From Deltaproteobacteria bacterium (lineage in GTDB: Bacteria > Myxococcota_A > Polyangia > Polyangiales > Houyiibacteriaceae), in contig JAXMNT010000008.1 of assembly GCA_034670305.1 (NCBI GenBank), positions 96,001 through 160,000 of the forward strand: a DNA stretch of 64,000 nucleotides, given 5' to 3'. The position numbers and the translations under genes were made by a program. Positions 48,968 through 58,696 of the stretch are shown here, piece after piece. The notes beneath the pieces were generated by a model. It made no database searches, had not been told where the DNA came from, and saw only the letters and a program-made list of their open reading frames with translations. Each line of letters begins with the position of its first letter. Position 1 is the first letter of the stretch.

Positions 48968-50464
48968 CTACTTCCCGCGCTTCTTCTTCTTGTCGTCGTC
49001 GCCGCTCACGAGGGGCGAGAAGAAGTTGTCCTTCTTCAAGTGTTCGTCCACACGGAACGCGAACTTGTAGCTCGGCTGGCTCCGCATGTTGCAGTCGGTG
49101 CGTTCACAGAACCGGCAGGTCGTGCCCACCGGCACCGCCATCTTCTGCGGGTCGACGAAGGGCACGTCGTCCGCGTACGCGAGGTGCTTGGCGTCCTTCG
49201 CGTGGCAACCGAGACCAATGCTGTAAACGGTGCCGCGCGCGAGCGACCCGCCCCTCGGTTCGCTGACGACCTTCGCGAAACAGAAGTACGTCGAGCCGTC
49301 CGGGAAGGTCGAGTACTGCTTCGCGATCACGTTGGGGGTGAGGTACGCGAGATGAACCGCCATCTTCGGGCAGCTTCCGTCGTGGTGCGGAAACCGGATC
49401 CCGTCGCCGCTGTAGCGTTTGCTGATGTTGCCCGCGACATCGACCCGCAGGAAGTGCATTGGGACACCGCGTCGTCTCGGGTCGCCCAGGTTGCAGATCC
49501 GGTGCGCGACCGTCTCGTACGAACTCGAGAAGATCTGGGCGAGCAGCTCGACGTCGTAGCGTGTGCGGGCGACCTCTTCGTGAAACGACTCGTAGGGCAA
49601 AAGCAGTGCGCCTGCGAAGTAGTTGGCCAGATGGATCTTCACGAGCTTCGGGGTCTGCGCGTACTGCGCCGCGTACCCGCTCACGATCGGCTCGTGCAAC
49701 TTCTCCTGCTCGAAGAGCCGCAGCGCGATGGTGTGCGCGAGTTGGAACTTGAGCCGCTGATCGAACACGCCGTGTGAGAACGTCAGGGTGCGGGTCTCTT
49801 CGTCCCAGCGTCGGATGACCGAACCGGCCGCCGGCGGAGCCCACACGACTCGTACGTCCAGCGCGGCTTCTAGGGCTGCGACCAAGTCGCGTGCGGTGAC
49901 CCGATCGCCGAGGCCGTTCTGCTCTCGGAACGCGTCCGCGCGTTCCTCGAGGTCGCCGAAGTAGTTGTCGTTCTTCTCGAGGAAGTCCGTGACCTCGTCG
50001 AAGGGGTGGTAATCGAAACGAAGGCCGTCCGATCCATCCCCCTCTTTCTGCCGCTCCTCCTCGATCGACTGCAGGACGTTCTCGAGCTGCTGTCGCGCGC
50101 TTTTGTAGAGGTTGAAGAGCGCCGTGATGGTCGTGACGATCTTTGGTTCCGCGCTCAGCCCCTGCAGGTCGTCCTCGCTCAGGTTGAGCGAGCGTAAGAG
50201 TGGCTCGTCCAGGAGCTGCGCCAGGTTGTCGTCCACCCGGCCGCGGCCGAGCGACGCCATGAACGTCTCCATGGTCACGCCGTAGAGTTCGAGGGCTTTG
50301 AAGAGGATTGGCAGCTGAACCGCCCGTTTGCCCTTCTCGATCAGGGACAGGTACGCGGGGGAGATCTCGAGCTGTCGCGCGACGTCGCCTTGGGCGAGGT
50401 TGCGCTGCAGGCGGAGTTCCCGGAGTCGCTGCCCCATCGCCGCGTTGTTGGATCGTGAGGTCAC
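48968..50464 (-). CDS. Short-chain fatty acyl-CoA regulator (ScfR/RamB/PccR family; XRE HTH + IrrE-like + DUF2083)
   Basis: N-terminal XRE HTH, FQLAH, LANYFAGALLLPY, SYETVAHR, RVDVAGNISKR, C-terminal CRFCERTDC; divergent from ecm. Start may be ATG 50437. Confidence 0.92.
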   Translation of the reverse strand: MTSRSNNAAMGQRLRELRLQRNLAQGDVARQLEISPAYLSLIEKGKRAVQLPILFKALELYGVTMETFMASLGRGRVDDNLAQLLDEPLLRSLNLSEDDLQGLSAEPKIVTTITALFNLYKSARQQLENVLQSIEEERQKEGDGSDGLRFDYHPFDEVTDFLEKNDNYFGDLEERADAFREQNGLGDRVTARDLVAALEAALDVRVVWAPPAAGSVIRRWDEETRTLTFSHGVFDQRLKFQLAHTIALRLFEQEKLHEPIVSGYAAQYAQTPKLVKIHLANYFAGALLLPYESFHEEVARTRYDVELLAQIFSSSYETVAHRICNLGDPRRRGVPMHFLRVDVAGNISKRYSGDGIRFPHHDGSCPKMAVHLAYLTPNVIAKQYSTFPDGSTYFCFAKVVSEPRGGSLARGTVYSIGLGCHAKDAKHLAYADDVPFVDPQKMAVPVGTTCRFCERTDCNMRSQPSYKFAFRVDEHLKKDNFFSPLVSGDDDKKKKRGK

Positions 50465-50504
50465 GACCGGATCCTGTTGCAGTGCGCCATCTCGGTTCCC
50501 GTTT

Positions 50505-50651
50505 AGTGGACCACTTTACAGCTGTCGAGCGGATCTGTTAACAGCTTGTCAAGCGGCGCCACCTCGGAACCGGCCACGTTTCGACGGCTTGACCGTGCTT
50601 CGCGGCGTGTTACGCATTGCGTCATGCGCCCTTGGGGGAGTGTGCTGTAAA
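50505..50651. promoter_or_regulatory. Candidate operator in the divergent regulator/ecm promoter
   Basis: AGTGG-A-CCACT 50505-50515, TTTACAGC 50515-50522, CTGTTAACAG 50535-50544, TTAACA-GCT-TGTCAA 50538-50552, GCTGTAAA 50644-50651. Confidence 0.45.
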
Positions 50652-50697
50652 AAGCTTCTTCCTCACCCCGCCCCCGACCGCACGGAGACCGACCGAC

Positions 50698-52680
50698 ATG
50701 GCCGAACGAGACCGCCCGTGGATCATGCGTACCTACGCGGGGCACAGCACGGCCGCTGCCAGCAACGCCCTGTACCGAACGAACCTGTCGCGTGGACAGA
50801 CCGGGTTGAGCGTGGCGTTCGACCTGCCCACCCAGACCGGGTTCGACCCCGACCACCCGCTCGCGCGCGGTGAGGTCGGCAAGGTGGGGGTGCCGATCGC
50901 GCATCTCGGCGACATGCGGGCGCTCTTCGATGGGTTGCCGCTCGATCGCATGAACACGTCGATGACGATCAACGCGACCGCGCCCTGGTTGCTCGCGCTG
51001 TACATCGCGCTCGCCGAAGAGCGGGGCACACCGCTCGAGGCGCTGCGCGGCACGACCCAGAACGACGTCGTCAAAGAGTACCTCTCCCGCGGGACCTACG
51101 TGTTCCCGCCCGCACCCTCGCTCCGGATGACGACCGACGTCGTCGCGTTCACGGTCGAGCGGGTCCCGAAGTGGAACCCGATCAACATCTGCAGCTACCA
51201 CCTGCAGGAAGCCGGCGCGACGCCGGTGCAGGAACTCGCCTACGCGCTGTGCACCGCCATCGCCGTGCTCGACGCCGCCTGCGCGCGGGTCCCCGCGGAT
51301 CGTTTTCCAGAGGTCGTCGGTCGCATCTCGTTCTTCGTGAACGCGGGGATCCGGTTCGTCGAAGAGATGTGCAAGCTGCGCGCGTTCACCGAGCTCTGGG
51401 ACCGGGTCTGCAAAGAACGCTACGGGGTGACGGATCCGAAGATGCGCCGCTTCCGCTACGGGGTGCAGGTGAACTCGCTCGGACTCACCGAACAGCAGCC
51501 GGAGAACAACATCCTGCGCATCGTGCTGGAGATGCTCTCGGTGACGCTCAGCAAAGACGCGCGGGCCCGCGCGGTGCAGTTGCCGGCCTGGAACGAAGCG
51601 CTCGGATTGCCTCGGCCGTGGGACCAGCAGTGGTCGCTGCGCGCACAACAGATCCTCGCGCTCGAGACCGACCTCCTCGAGAACCCCGACCTCTTCGAAG
51701 GCAGTGTGGTGGTCGAGCGCAAGACCCAGGCGCTCATCGACGCCGCGTGGGCGGAGGTCCAACTGGTGCTCGAACGCGGGGGCGCCATCGCAGCGGTCGA
51801 GACCGGCTACGTGAAGCAGAAGCTCGTGGAGTCGAACGCGGCGCGCCTGCGGCGCATCGAGTCGGGGGAACAGATCGTGGTCGGGGTGAACGCCTACACG
51901 GAGTCGGCGCCCTCCCCGCTCACCCAGGATCTCGACGAAGCCATCCTGACCGTGGATCCGGCGGTCGAAGCCGCGCAGATCGAGAGCCTGAAGAAATGGC
52001 GCGGCGCGCGCGACTCGGACGCCGCCAAGCGCGCGCTCGACGCCCTGCGCGAAGCCGCCACCGCAGGACGCGAGATCATGGAACCTTCCATCGCCGCCGC
52101 GCGCGCCGGCGTGACGACCGGCGAATGGGCAGACGCGCTTCGCGACGTCTACGGCGAGTACCGGGCGCCCACCGGCGTGCAGGGCGCGGCGACCTCCACC
52201 GGGGCGCACAGTGATCGGGTGGCGGAACTCCGCGTCGAGCTGCAAGCGCTGACCGAGACACTCGGCCGCCGTCCCAAGCTCTTGGTTGGCAAACCCGGGC
52301 TCGACGGGCACAGCAACGGCGCGGAGCAGATCGCGATCAAGGCGCGCGACGTGGGGTTCGACGTCGTCTACGAAGGCATCCGCGTCACGCCGGACGACAT
52401 CGCGCGTTCGGCGCTCGAAGAAGGCGTGCACCTCGTGGGGCTGAGCATCCTGAGCGGGTCGCACCTGGCGCTCGTGCCAGACGTGCTGGAGCGGCTGCGC
52501 GCGGCGAACGTGGACGTGCCGGTGGTCGTCGGCGGCATCGTGCCCAGTGCCGACGCGGAGACTCTGCGCGCCGCGGGCGTGGCGCGGGTCTACACCCCGA
52601 AAGACTTCGCGCTCGACGCCATCATGCAGGACCTGGTCGCGCTGGTCCGCGAACGCTACGCGGGACCGGTCGATGGCTGA
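50698..52680 (+). CDS. ecm: B12-dependent ethylmalonyl-CoA mutase (MeaA)
   Basis: RDRPWIMRTYAGHS, GQTGLSVAFDLPTQTG, QLPAWNEALGLPRPWDQQWSLR, B12 motif GKPGLDGHSNG. Confidence 0.93.
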   Translation: MAERDRPWIMRTYAGHSTAAASNALYRTNLSRGQTGLSVAFDLPTQTGFDPDHPLARGEVGKVGVPIAHLGDMRALFDGLPLDRMNTSMTINATAPWLLALYIALAEERGTPLEALRGTTQNDVVKEYLSRGTYVFPPAPSLRMTTDVVAFTVERVPKWNPINICSYHLQEAGATPVQELAYALCTAIAVLDAACARVPADRFPEVVGRISFFVNAGIRFVEEMCKLRAFTELWDRVCKERYGVTDPKMRRFRYGVQVNSLGLTEQQPENNILRIVLEMLSVTLSKDARARAVQLPAWNEALGLPRPWDQQWSLRAQQILALETDLLENPDLFEGSVVVERKTQALIDAAWAEVQLVLERGGAIAAVETGYVKQKLVESNAARLRRIESGEQIVVGVNAYTESAPSPLTQDLDEAILTVDPAVEAAQIESLKKWRGARDSDAAKRALDALREAATAGREIMEPSIAAARAGVTTGEWADALRDVYGEYRAPTGVQGAATSTGAHSDRVAELRVELQALTETLGRRPKLLVGKPGLDGHSNGAEQIAIKARDVGFDVVYEGIRVTPDDIARSALEEGVHLVGLSILSGSHLALVPDVLERLRAANVDVPVVVGGIVPSADAETLRAAGVARVYTPKDFALDAIMQDLVALVRERYAGPVDG

Positions 52681-53659
52681 TGCCGTGGCCGAGGCCACCC
52701 GGGCGGCGTCTGGCATCCGAGCAGGCGATCGAAGTGCGATCGCCTCCGCCCTCAACCTCTGCGAAGACCGCCGCCTCGCATCGCGCGATCGAATCGGCGC
52801 GTTGCTCGACGCGCTCCGCCTCGGGGTGCAACGGCTCGGACACCGCATCGGGCTCACCGGCCCGCCCGGCGTCGGCAAGAGCACGTTGGCCGGTGCGGTC
52901 GCGCGTGAACTCCGGCGACGCGGACGGACGGTGGGCGTGGTCGCGGTCGACCCGTCGTCGATCCGGAGCGGAGGCGCGCTGCTCGGGGATCGCGCACGCA
53001 TGGCGTTCGACCCAGAGGACGGCGGCTTGTTCGTCCGCAGCCTGGCGACCGAAGGCCGCGCCGGTGGTTTGAGCTGGGCCGCCCCCGCCGCCGCCGCCGT
53101 GCTCGGCGCCGCGTTCGAAGTGGTCCTGGTGGAGACCACCGGGGTGGGCCAGACGGAGACGGATGTGCGACACCTCGCAGACACCGTCGCGCTCGTCATT
53201 CAACCCGGCAGCGGAGACGCGCTGCAGTTCCTCAAAGCCGGCATCATGGAGATCCCCGACGTGCTCGTCGTGAACAAGAGCGACCAACCCCAAGCGCAGC
53301 GCGCGGTGTCCGATCTGCGATCGGCGCTGGCCACCTCGGCGTCGGTCGGAATCCAGGACGCGGACACCACCCTCGTCGCGACGAGCGCGGAAAGCGGCGA
53401 CGGGGTCGGCGCGTTCGTGGACGCCTTGGACGCACACCGCGCGTCGATCGCACCGAGCCTTGAATCCCGGCGGCACGCAGGCGAAGTCGAGTGGACCGTG
53501 CAGCTCTTCGAACGGCTGCATGGATCGCACGGCGTGGCTGCGTTGGGTGGACGCGCCGCCCTGCAAACCTCCGCCTCGACGGCCCTCGCCCACGCCGCGC
53601 CGCCTCGGGTATGCACCGACCTGAGCGACCACTTCCTCGGAACCCTCTCCCGCCCCTGA
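52673..53659 (+). CDS. meaB: MeaB/ArgK GTPase, mutase chaperone
   Basis: GLTGPPGVGKST, AVDPSS, GGALLGDRARM, VETTGVGQTE, KAGIMEI, NKSD. Confidence 0.93.
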   Translation: MADAVAEATRAASGIRAGDRSAIASALNLCEDRRLASRDRIGALLDALRLGVQRLGHRIGLTGPPGVGKSTLAGAVARELRRRGRTVGVVAVDPSSIRSGGALLGDRARMAFDPEDGGLFVRSLATEGRAGGLSWAAPAAAAVLGAAFEVVLVETTGVGQTETDVRHLADTVALVIQPGSGDALQFLKAGIMEIPDVLVVNKSDQPQAQRAVSDLRSALATSASVGIQDADTTLVATSAESGDGVGAFVDALDAHRASIAPSLESRRHAGEVEWTVQLFERLHGSHGVAALGGRAALQTSASTALAHAAPPRVCTDLSDHFLGTLSRP

Positions 53660-53700
53660 CGTCTCGCTTCACTCGAAACATCTGCAAGAACCGACGAACC

Positions 53701-54966
53701 ATGACCTCCCAAGCCAGCCTCAGCCGCCCCCCGAGCGACACCTCCATCGAAGGCGCCGTGCCCGTCGGCAAGATCCCGCCTCTCGGCGTGGTGCCAAGCC
53801 ACATGCACGCGTACGTGATTCGACCGGAACGGTTCGGGGAGCCGACCAAGTCGTTCCAGCAAGAAGTGATTCCGGTGTGGGACATCGGTCCCGACGAAGT
53901 GCTCATCCAAGTGATGGCCGCCGGGGTGAACTACAACGGGATCTGGGCCGGGCTCGGCCAGCCGGTGAACATCCTCAAATCGCATGGACTCGACCACCAC
54001 GTGGCGGGGAGCGACGCGTCCGGGGTGGTGTGGAAGGTTGGTTCGAACGTGAAGCGGTGGAACGTGGGCGACGAGATCGTCGTGCACTGCAACCACCTGG
54101 TGGAACCGGGCGTGTCGGATCTGCAAACCATCTGGGGCTACGAGACACCGGACGGGTCGTTCGCGCAGATGAGCCGCGTGCAGGCGCAGCAGCTCTTGCC
54201 CAAACCCAAACACCTGACCTGGGAAGAAGCGGCCAGCTACGGCCTGACCTACTTCACCGCGCACCGGATGTTGATGGACCGGGCGGACATCGAACCAGGC
54301 GAGGACGTGCTCGTCTGGGGCGCGGGCGGCGGCCTCGGGGTCTTCGCCGTGCAGCTGTGCAAGGCGGCCGGCGCACGCGCCATCGCGGTCGTGTCGAGCC
54401 CGGAGAAAGCGGAGCTCGCGATGAAGCTCGGCGCGCACGGCGTCATCGACCGCAAGGAGTTCCCCGACCTTCAGTACTGCCCGGGCCCGAACGGCGAGAC
54501 CGAAGAAGAGAAGAAGGCCCGCTTCGTCGCGATGAAGGCGTTCGGCAAACGCATCTGGGAGATCCTGGGTGAACGCAAGAGCGTCGAGGTCGTCTTCGAG
54601 CACGTCGGCAAACGGACTTTCCCGGCCAGCGTCTGGTTGGCGGCCAAACACGGACGGATCGTCATCTGCGGCGCGACCACCGGGTACGACCTGACCTTCG
54701 ACGTACGCCATCTGTGGATGCAGCAGAAGCGCATCATCGGCAGTCACTTCGCGGACGCCGACTCGGCCCGGCGCGCCAACCGCCTCGTGGAACGTGGCGC
54801 GGTGCAGCCGGTGATGACGGCACACTTCTCGTGGGCCGAGATTCCCCACGCGCACCAGCAGATGTTCGAGAACAAACTCTTCGGTACGGTGAGTTGCCTC
54901 GTGGGCGCGCCGCGCCCAGGCCTCAAGAACCTGGAAGAAACCCGCGCCGCCATCGCAGGCGCGTAG
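53701..54966 (+). CDS. ccr: Crotonyl-CoA carboxylase/reductase
   Basis: PPLGVVP, MAAGVNYNGIW, GSDASG, IWGYETPDGSFAQ, LWMQQKRIIGSHFA. Confidence 0.93.
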   Translation: MTSQASLSRPPSDTSIEGAVPVGKIPPLGVVPSHMHAYVIRPERFGEPTKSFQQEVIPVWDIGPDEVLIQVMAAGVNYNGIWAGLGQPVNILKSHGLDHHVAGSDASGVVWKVGSNVKRWNVGDEIVVHCNHLVEPGVSDLQTIWGYETPDGSFAQMSRVQAQQLLPKPKHLTWEEAASYGLTYFTAHRMLMDRADIEPGEDVLVWGAGGGLGVFAVQLCKAAGARAIAVVSSPEKAELAMKLGAHGVIDRKEFPDLQYCPGPNGETEEEKKARFVAMKAFGKRIWEILGERKSVEVVFEHVGKRTFPASVWLAAKHGRIVICGATTGYDLTFDVRHLWMQQKRIIGSHFADADSARRANRLVERGAVQPVMTAHFSWAEIPHAHQQMFENKLFGTVSCLVGAPRPGLKNLEETRAAIAGA

Positions 54967-55058
54967 CCGCCTGTTACTGTCCTCCCCGTTCCGATCCGAA
55001 GTCCGGCTCCGTGGACCCCCGAAACCGCGCTGAGCCCGCACCCGAGAGAAACAAGTCC

Positions 55059-56789
55059 ATGCTGTTCGTCGTCGAAGCCATCGAAGGTCTGTATTCCCGC
55101 GCCCTGCGCGCCATGAAGGACCGGTTCGTGGTCGATGGAAAGGTGGTGGGCCGCCGGCTCAACGAAGAGCAGCTGCGGGCCCACGGCCTCGCGTACCTGG
55201 CGACCGAAGCGACCGCCTGCCGCCAGCTCTTCCTCTGGGCCCAGAAGAGCGCCGGCAGCATGGACATGACGACGCCCGATCCGGACGCCAGGCAGCCCAA
55301 ACAGACGGTGGCCCTCGACGCGCGAGTCATCGCAGCCGCTTCGGCTCCCCAGGCGTCCAGCGGAGAGTTCGAACGTCGCATCGCCGCCGCGTACCTCGGC
55401 GAAGTCGCGCGAGGCCTCCGGGGCGGGATCGATCTCGGCCCGTGCGAGACGGTCTCCCTGCACGAGCTCGGCCTCACCGACCAAGACCTCCAAGAGACCA
55501 TCCTGCAGCCCGAAGTCATCGGGTTCAGCAACGAGCTGGCCTCGGCCGAGGCGTACGTGGGCATCGCCATGGCGGCGCGTCCCCGCTCTGGCCCGGAGCG
55601 GTTCGGCAACCGCGGCTTCGACGACGACATGCTCGAGAGCGTGCGGGCCCAGTTCGCCAAGTTCGCCGACGCGGATGTGATTCCGCGGGCTCAGCAGATC
55701 CATCAGGACGACGTCCTCATCCCGATGGATCTCGTCGACAAGATGAGCGAGCTCGGCGTGTTCGGCCTCACGATCCCGGAGGAATACGACGGCCTTGGCC
55801 TCGGCAAGGTCGCCATGTGCGTCGTCACCGAAGAACTCAGCCGCGGCTACATCGGGGTGGGATCGCTGGGCACGCGGGCCGAGATCGCGGCCGAGCTGAT
55901 CCTCGGCGGCGGCACCGACGCCCAGAAGAAACACTGGTTGCCCAAGATCGCGGCTGGCGAAGTGCTTCCCACCGCGGTGTTCACCGAACCGAACACGGGC
56001 AGCGATCTGGCCCACCTCGGAACCCGTGCGGAGCGACAGGCCGACGGGAGCTACGTGCTGGTCGGTCAGAAGACGTGGATCACCCACGCGGTGCGCGCGG
56101 ATCTGATGACGGTGCTCGCGCGAACCGACGCCGACGAGGCCGGATACAGCGGGCTGAGCATGTTCTTGGCCCCGAAGACCCGGCTCGATCCGGCGCCTGG
56201 CGAACCCGAGTTCGTCGACGCGGGACTCGAAGGCACCGAGATCCAGGTGCTCGGGTACCGCGGCATGAAAGAGTACGAGCTCAGCTTCGACCAGTTCCCG
56301 GTGCCAGCCGACGCGCTGCTCGGCGCAGAGGAAGGACAGGGCTTCAAGCAGCTCATGCGCACCTTCGAGAGCGCCCGCATCCAGACCGCCGCCCGCGGCG
56401 TCGGCGTCGCCCAGGCCGCGCTGGAGGACGCGCTTCAGTACGCAGAAGATCGCGTCCAGTTCGGCCGACCGATCATCGAGTTCCCCCGAGTGGCGCGAAA
56501 GATCGGGCGGATGATCGCCCGGGTGCAGGCCGCGCGTCAGCTCACCTTCTACGCCGCGCGGCAGAAGGACCAAGACCGCCGCTGCGACCTCGAGGCGGGC
56601 ATGGCGAAGCTCCTCGCGACCCGCGCCGCCTGGGAATCCGCGGACGCAAACGTCCAGATTCATGGAGGAAACGGCTACGCGGTGGAGTACCTCGCGTCCC
56701 GGCTCCTGGTTGACGCGCGGGTGCTTTCGATCTTCGAAGGCGCCAACGAGATTCAGGCGCATGTGGTCGCGCGGCGTCTCCTCGAGTGA
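55059..56789 (+). CDS. mcd: (2S)-methylsuccinyl-CoA dehydrogenase (acyl-CoA dehydrogenase family)
   Basis: EQLRAHGLAYLAT, EELSRGYIGVGSLGTRAEIA, AVFTEPNTGSDL, VLGYRGMKEY, IFEGA; context next to ccr and ecm. Confidence 0.88.
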   Translation: MLFVVEAIEGLYSRALRAMKDRFVVDGKVVGRRLNEEQLRAHGLAYLATEATACRQLFLWAQKSAGSMDMTTPDPDARQPKQTVALDARVIAAASAPQASSGEFERRIAAAYLGEVARGLRGGIDLGPCETVSLHELGLTDQDLQETILQPEVIGFSNELASAEAYVGIAMAARPRSGPERFGNRGFDDDMLESVRAQFAKFADADVIPRAQQIHQDDVLIPMDLVDKMSELGVFGLTIPEEYDGLGLGKVAMCVVTEELSRGYIGVGSLGTRAEIAAELILGGGTDAQKKHWLPKIAAGEVLPTAVFTEPNTGSDLAHLGTRAERQADGSYVLVGQKTWITHAVRADLMTVLARTDADEAGYSGLSMFLAPKTRLDPAPGEPEFVDAGLEGTEIQVLGYRGMKEYELSFDQFPVPADALLGAEEGQGFKQLMRTFESARIQTAARGVGVAQAALEDALQYAEDRVQFGRPIIEFPRVARKIGRMIARVQAARQLTFYAARQKDQDRRCDLEAGMAKLLATRAAWESADANVQIHGGNGYAVEYLASRLLVDARVLSIFEGANEIQAHVVARRLLE

Positions 56790-56795
56790 GAATTC

Positions 56796-56839
56796 GGGCG
56801 GCTACGCGCTGTCCGCCCAGTCCTTCCCTGCTCTTTTTC
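56796..56839 (+). terminator. Weak terminator-like hairpin after mcd
   Basis: GGGCGG...CCGCCC stem 56796-56818 followed by a pyrimidine/T-rich tract. Confidence 0.3.
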
Positions 56840-56921
56840 GGCCTGTGCTCCATGTCACATCCCGAACCTCTGTGGTTCAAAATGTTTTCCATTCGCTGGC
56901 AGACCGTGTTAGCAAGCCGCC

Positions 56922-57299
56922 ATGCCGGGAAAACTAAAAATCCTTCTGGGAATGTTCGGGATCAATGCGGTCCTCGGTCTGGTCATGATGATCATGTACG
57001 AGGGTGGCATCATGGGCATCATCATGCCCTTGATCTGGATTGCGCTCTGCATGTTCGTCAAGAACAACGTGGTTCGCATCGTACTCCTCGTCCTGTCCGT
57101 GCTTGGCCTCGTCTTCGGGGTCCTCGGAGCTCTCGGCTTGGCGGCCGTGCTCGCGCTCGGATTTGGCGGTGGGGCAATCGTCCTCCTACTCACTGTGGTG
57201 TGGGGACTGATCAACAACGTCTACGCGGTCTACGCGCTCACGCGCCCCGAAGTGAAAGCTCACTTCGGCGCCGCTCCCGCAGCTCCGCCAGCAGGCTGA
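56922..57299 (+). CDS. Small hypothetical multi-TM membrane protein
   Basis: 125 aa, almost entirely hydrophobic; 5' part visibly more AT-rich than its neighbours. Confidence 0.7.
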   Translation: MPGKLKILLGMFGINAVLGLVMMIMYEGGIMGIIMPLIWIALCMFVKNNVVRIVLLVLSVLGLVFGVLGALGLAAVLALGFGGGAIVLLLTVVWGLINNVYAVYALTRPEVKAHFGAAPAAPPAG

Positions 57300-57491
57300 G
57301 CCCGCGGGCGCACACGGGTTCCTCGTGGACCTGGGTGTGACCGCACGCGAGTTCGCTCGCTGGGGGAGAGTTGGGAAAAACAGGGCAGGCCTCATCGAGG
57401 TTTGCCCTTTTCTCCGTCCGTCGCCCGGGTTCGGTTCGGTTCGGTCGGAACCCGCTGGCCCATGCCACAGCCCTGCGATATGGCGTGCGCC

Positions 57492-58577
57492 ATGGGCAAG
57501 AAGACGAACCCGGGTCATTTCTTCGAAGACTTCGAGCTGGGCATGGAGCTGGTGCACGCAGTGCCGCGCACCATCACCGCCGCGGACCAGTCGCTGTACA
57601 TCGCGCTCACGGGTGATCGCTCCGTGCTCCACTCAGGCGCGTCCATCGCGCGTGCGGTCGGCCTGCCTCGGGAGCCGCTGCACGAGCTGCTCGTGTTCCA
57701 CATGGTGTTCGGCAAGACGGTCAACGACATCTCGCTGAACGCGGTCGCCAACCTGGGCTACGCGGACGTGCGGTTTCTGGCGCCGGTGTACGCGGGCGAC
57801 ACCCTGCGGGCGACCTCGACCGTCATCGGGGTCAAAGAGAACTCGAGTGGCAAGACGGGCGTCGTCTGGGTGCGGACCGTCGGAAGCCGGATGGCGCTCA
57901 ACGCGAGCCCGACCGGGGACGTCCCGGTGCTCGAGTACACGCGCTGGGTGATGGTGCACAAGCGCGACCAGACCGCGCCCACCGGTCGCAAGGACGTGCC
58001 GGACCTTCCCCCGGTGGTGGCACCGGGCCGGCTCTCTGTGCCGACCCAGCTCGACTTCGGACGCTTTCCCGGATGGGCGAGTGGGGGCGCCCGCTTCGGG
58101 GACTACGAGGTCGGCGAACGCATCGATCACATCGACGGAATGACCATCGAAGAGAGCGAACACGCGCTCGCGACCCGGCTGTATCAGAACACCGCCAAGG
58201 TGCATTTCGACGCCCACGCCATGAAGGACAGCCGGTTCGGAAAACGTCTGATGTACGGCGGACACGTCATCAGCGTCTGTCGGGCGCTGAGCTTCAACGG
58301 CCTGGAGAATGCGGTCCTGACCTTGGCGTTCAACGGCGGAACGCACGCCAACCCCACCTTCGCTGGCGACACGCTCTACGCGTTCTCGGAAGTGCTCGAC
58401 GCCCAGCCCCTCCCGAACCGAGACGACTGCGGTGCCTTGCGGCTGAGACTGGTCGGCGTGAAGAACCAGAACCCCGCGCACGAGCCGCTCGAGACCATGG
58501 TGGAGAAGGACGGCAAACGCCGCCACCACCCGAACGTCGTCCTCGACCTCGACCAATGGGTCCTCGTCCCCCGCTGA
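57492..58577 (+). CDS. mch: Mesaconyl-C1-CoA hydratase (double MaoC hot-dog fold)
   Basis: KTNPGHFFEDF, FGKTVNDISLNAVANLGY, IDHIDGMTIEE, YQNTAKVHF, YGGHVIS. Confidence 0.9.
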   Translation: MGKKTNPGHFFEDFELGMELVHAVPRTITAADQSLYIALTGDRSVLHSGASIARAVGLPREPLHELLVFHMVFGKTVNDISLNAVANLGYADVRFLAPVYAGDTLRATSTVIGVKENSSGKTGVVWVRTVGSRMALNASPTGDVPVLEYTRWVMVHKRDQTAPTGRKDVPDLPPVVAPGRLSVPTQLDFGRFPGWASGGARFGDYEVGERIDHIDGMTIEESEHALATRLYQNTAKVHFDAHAMKDSRFGKRLMYGGHVISVCRALSFNGLENAVLTLAFNGGTHANPTFAGDTLYAFSEVLDAQPLPNRDDCGALRLRLVGVKNQNPAHEPLETMVEKDGKRRHHPNVVLDLDQWVLVPR

Positions 58578-58696
58578 TTTCTTGGCGGTACGGGCGCTAC
58601 GGCTACCGCTACGCGGCTTCGGGAGTGGCCATCGGGTGCGTGGGTCGGCGTCGACGTTGCGTGCGGAGCGGCCGCGACGGACCGCCCGGCATCGCG

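Noticed and set aside
50698-56789. Polyketide extender-unit cassette or ordinary methylmalonyl-CoA mutase locus
   Set aside because: No PKS genes nearby, the mutase has MeaA/Ecm-specific motifs, and mcd and mch are present, which fits primary metabolism.
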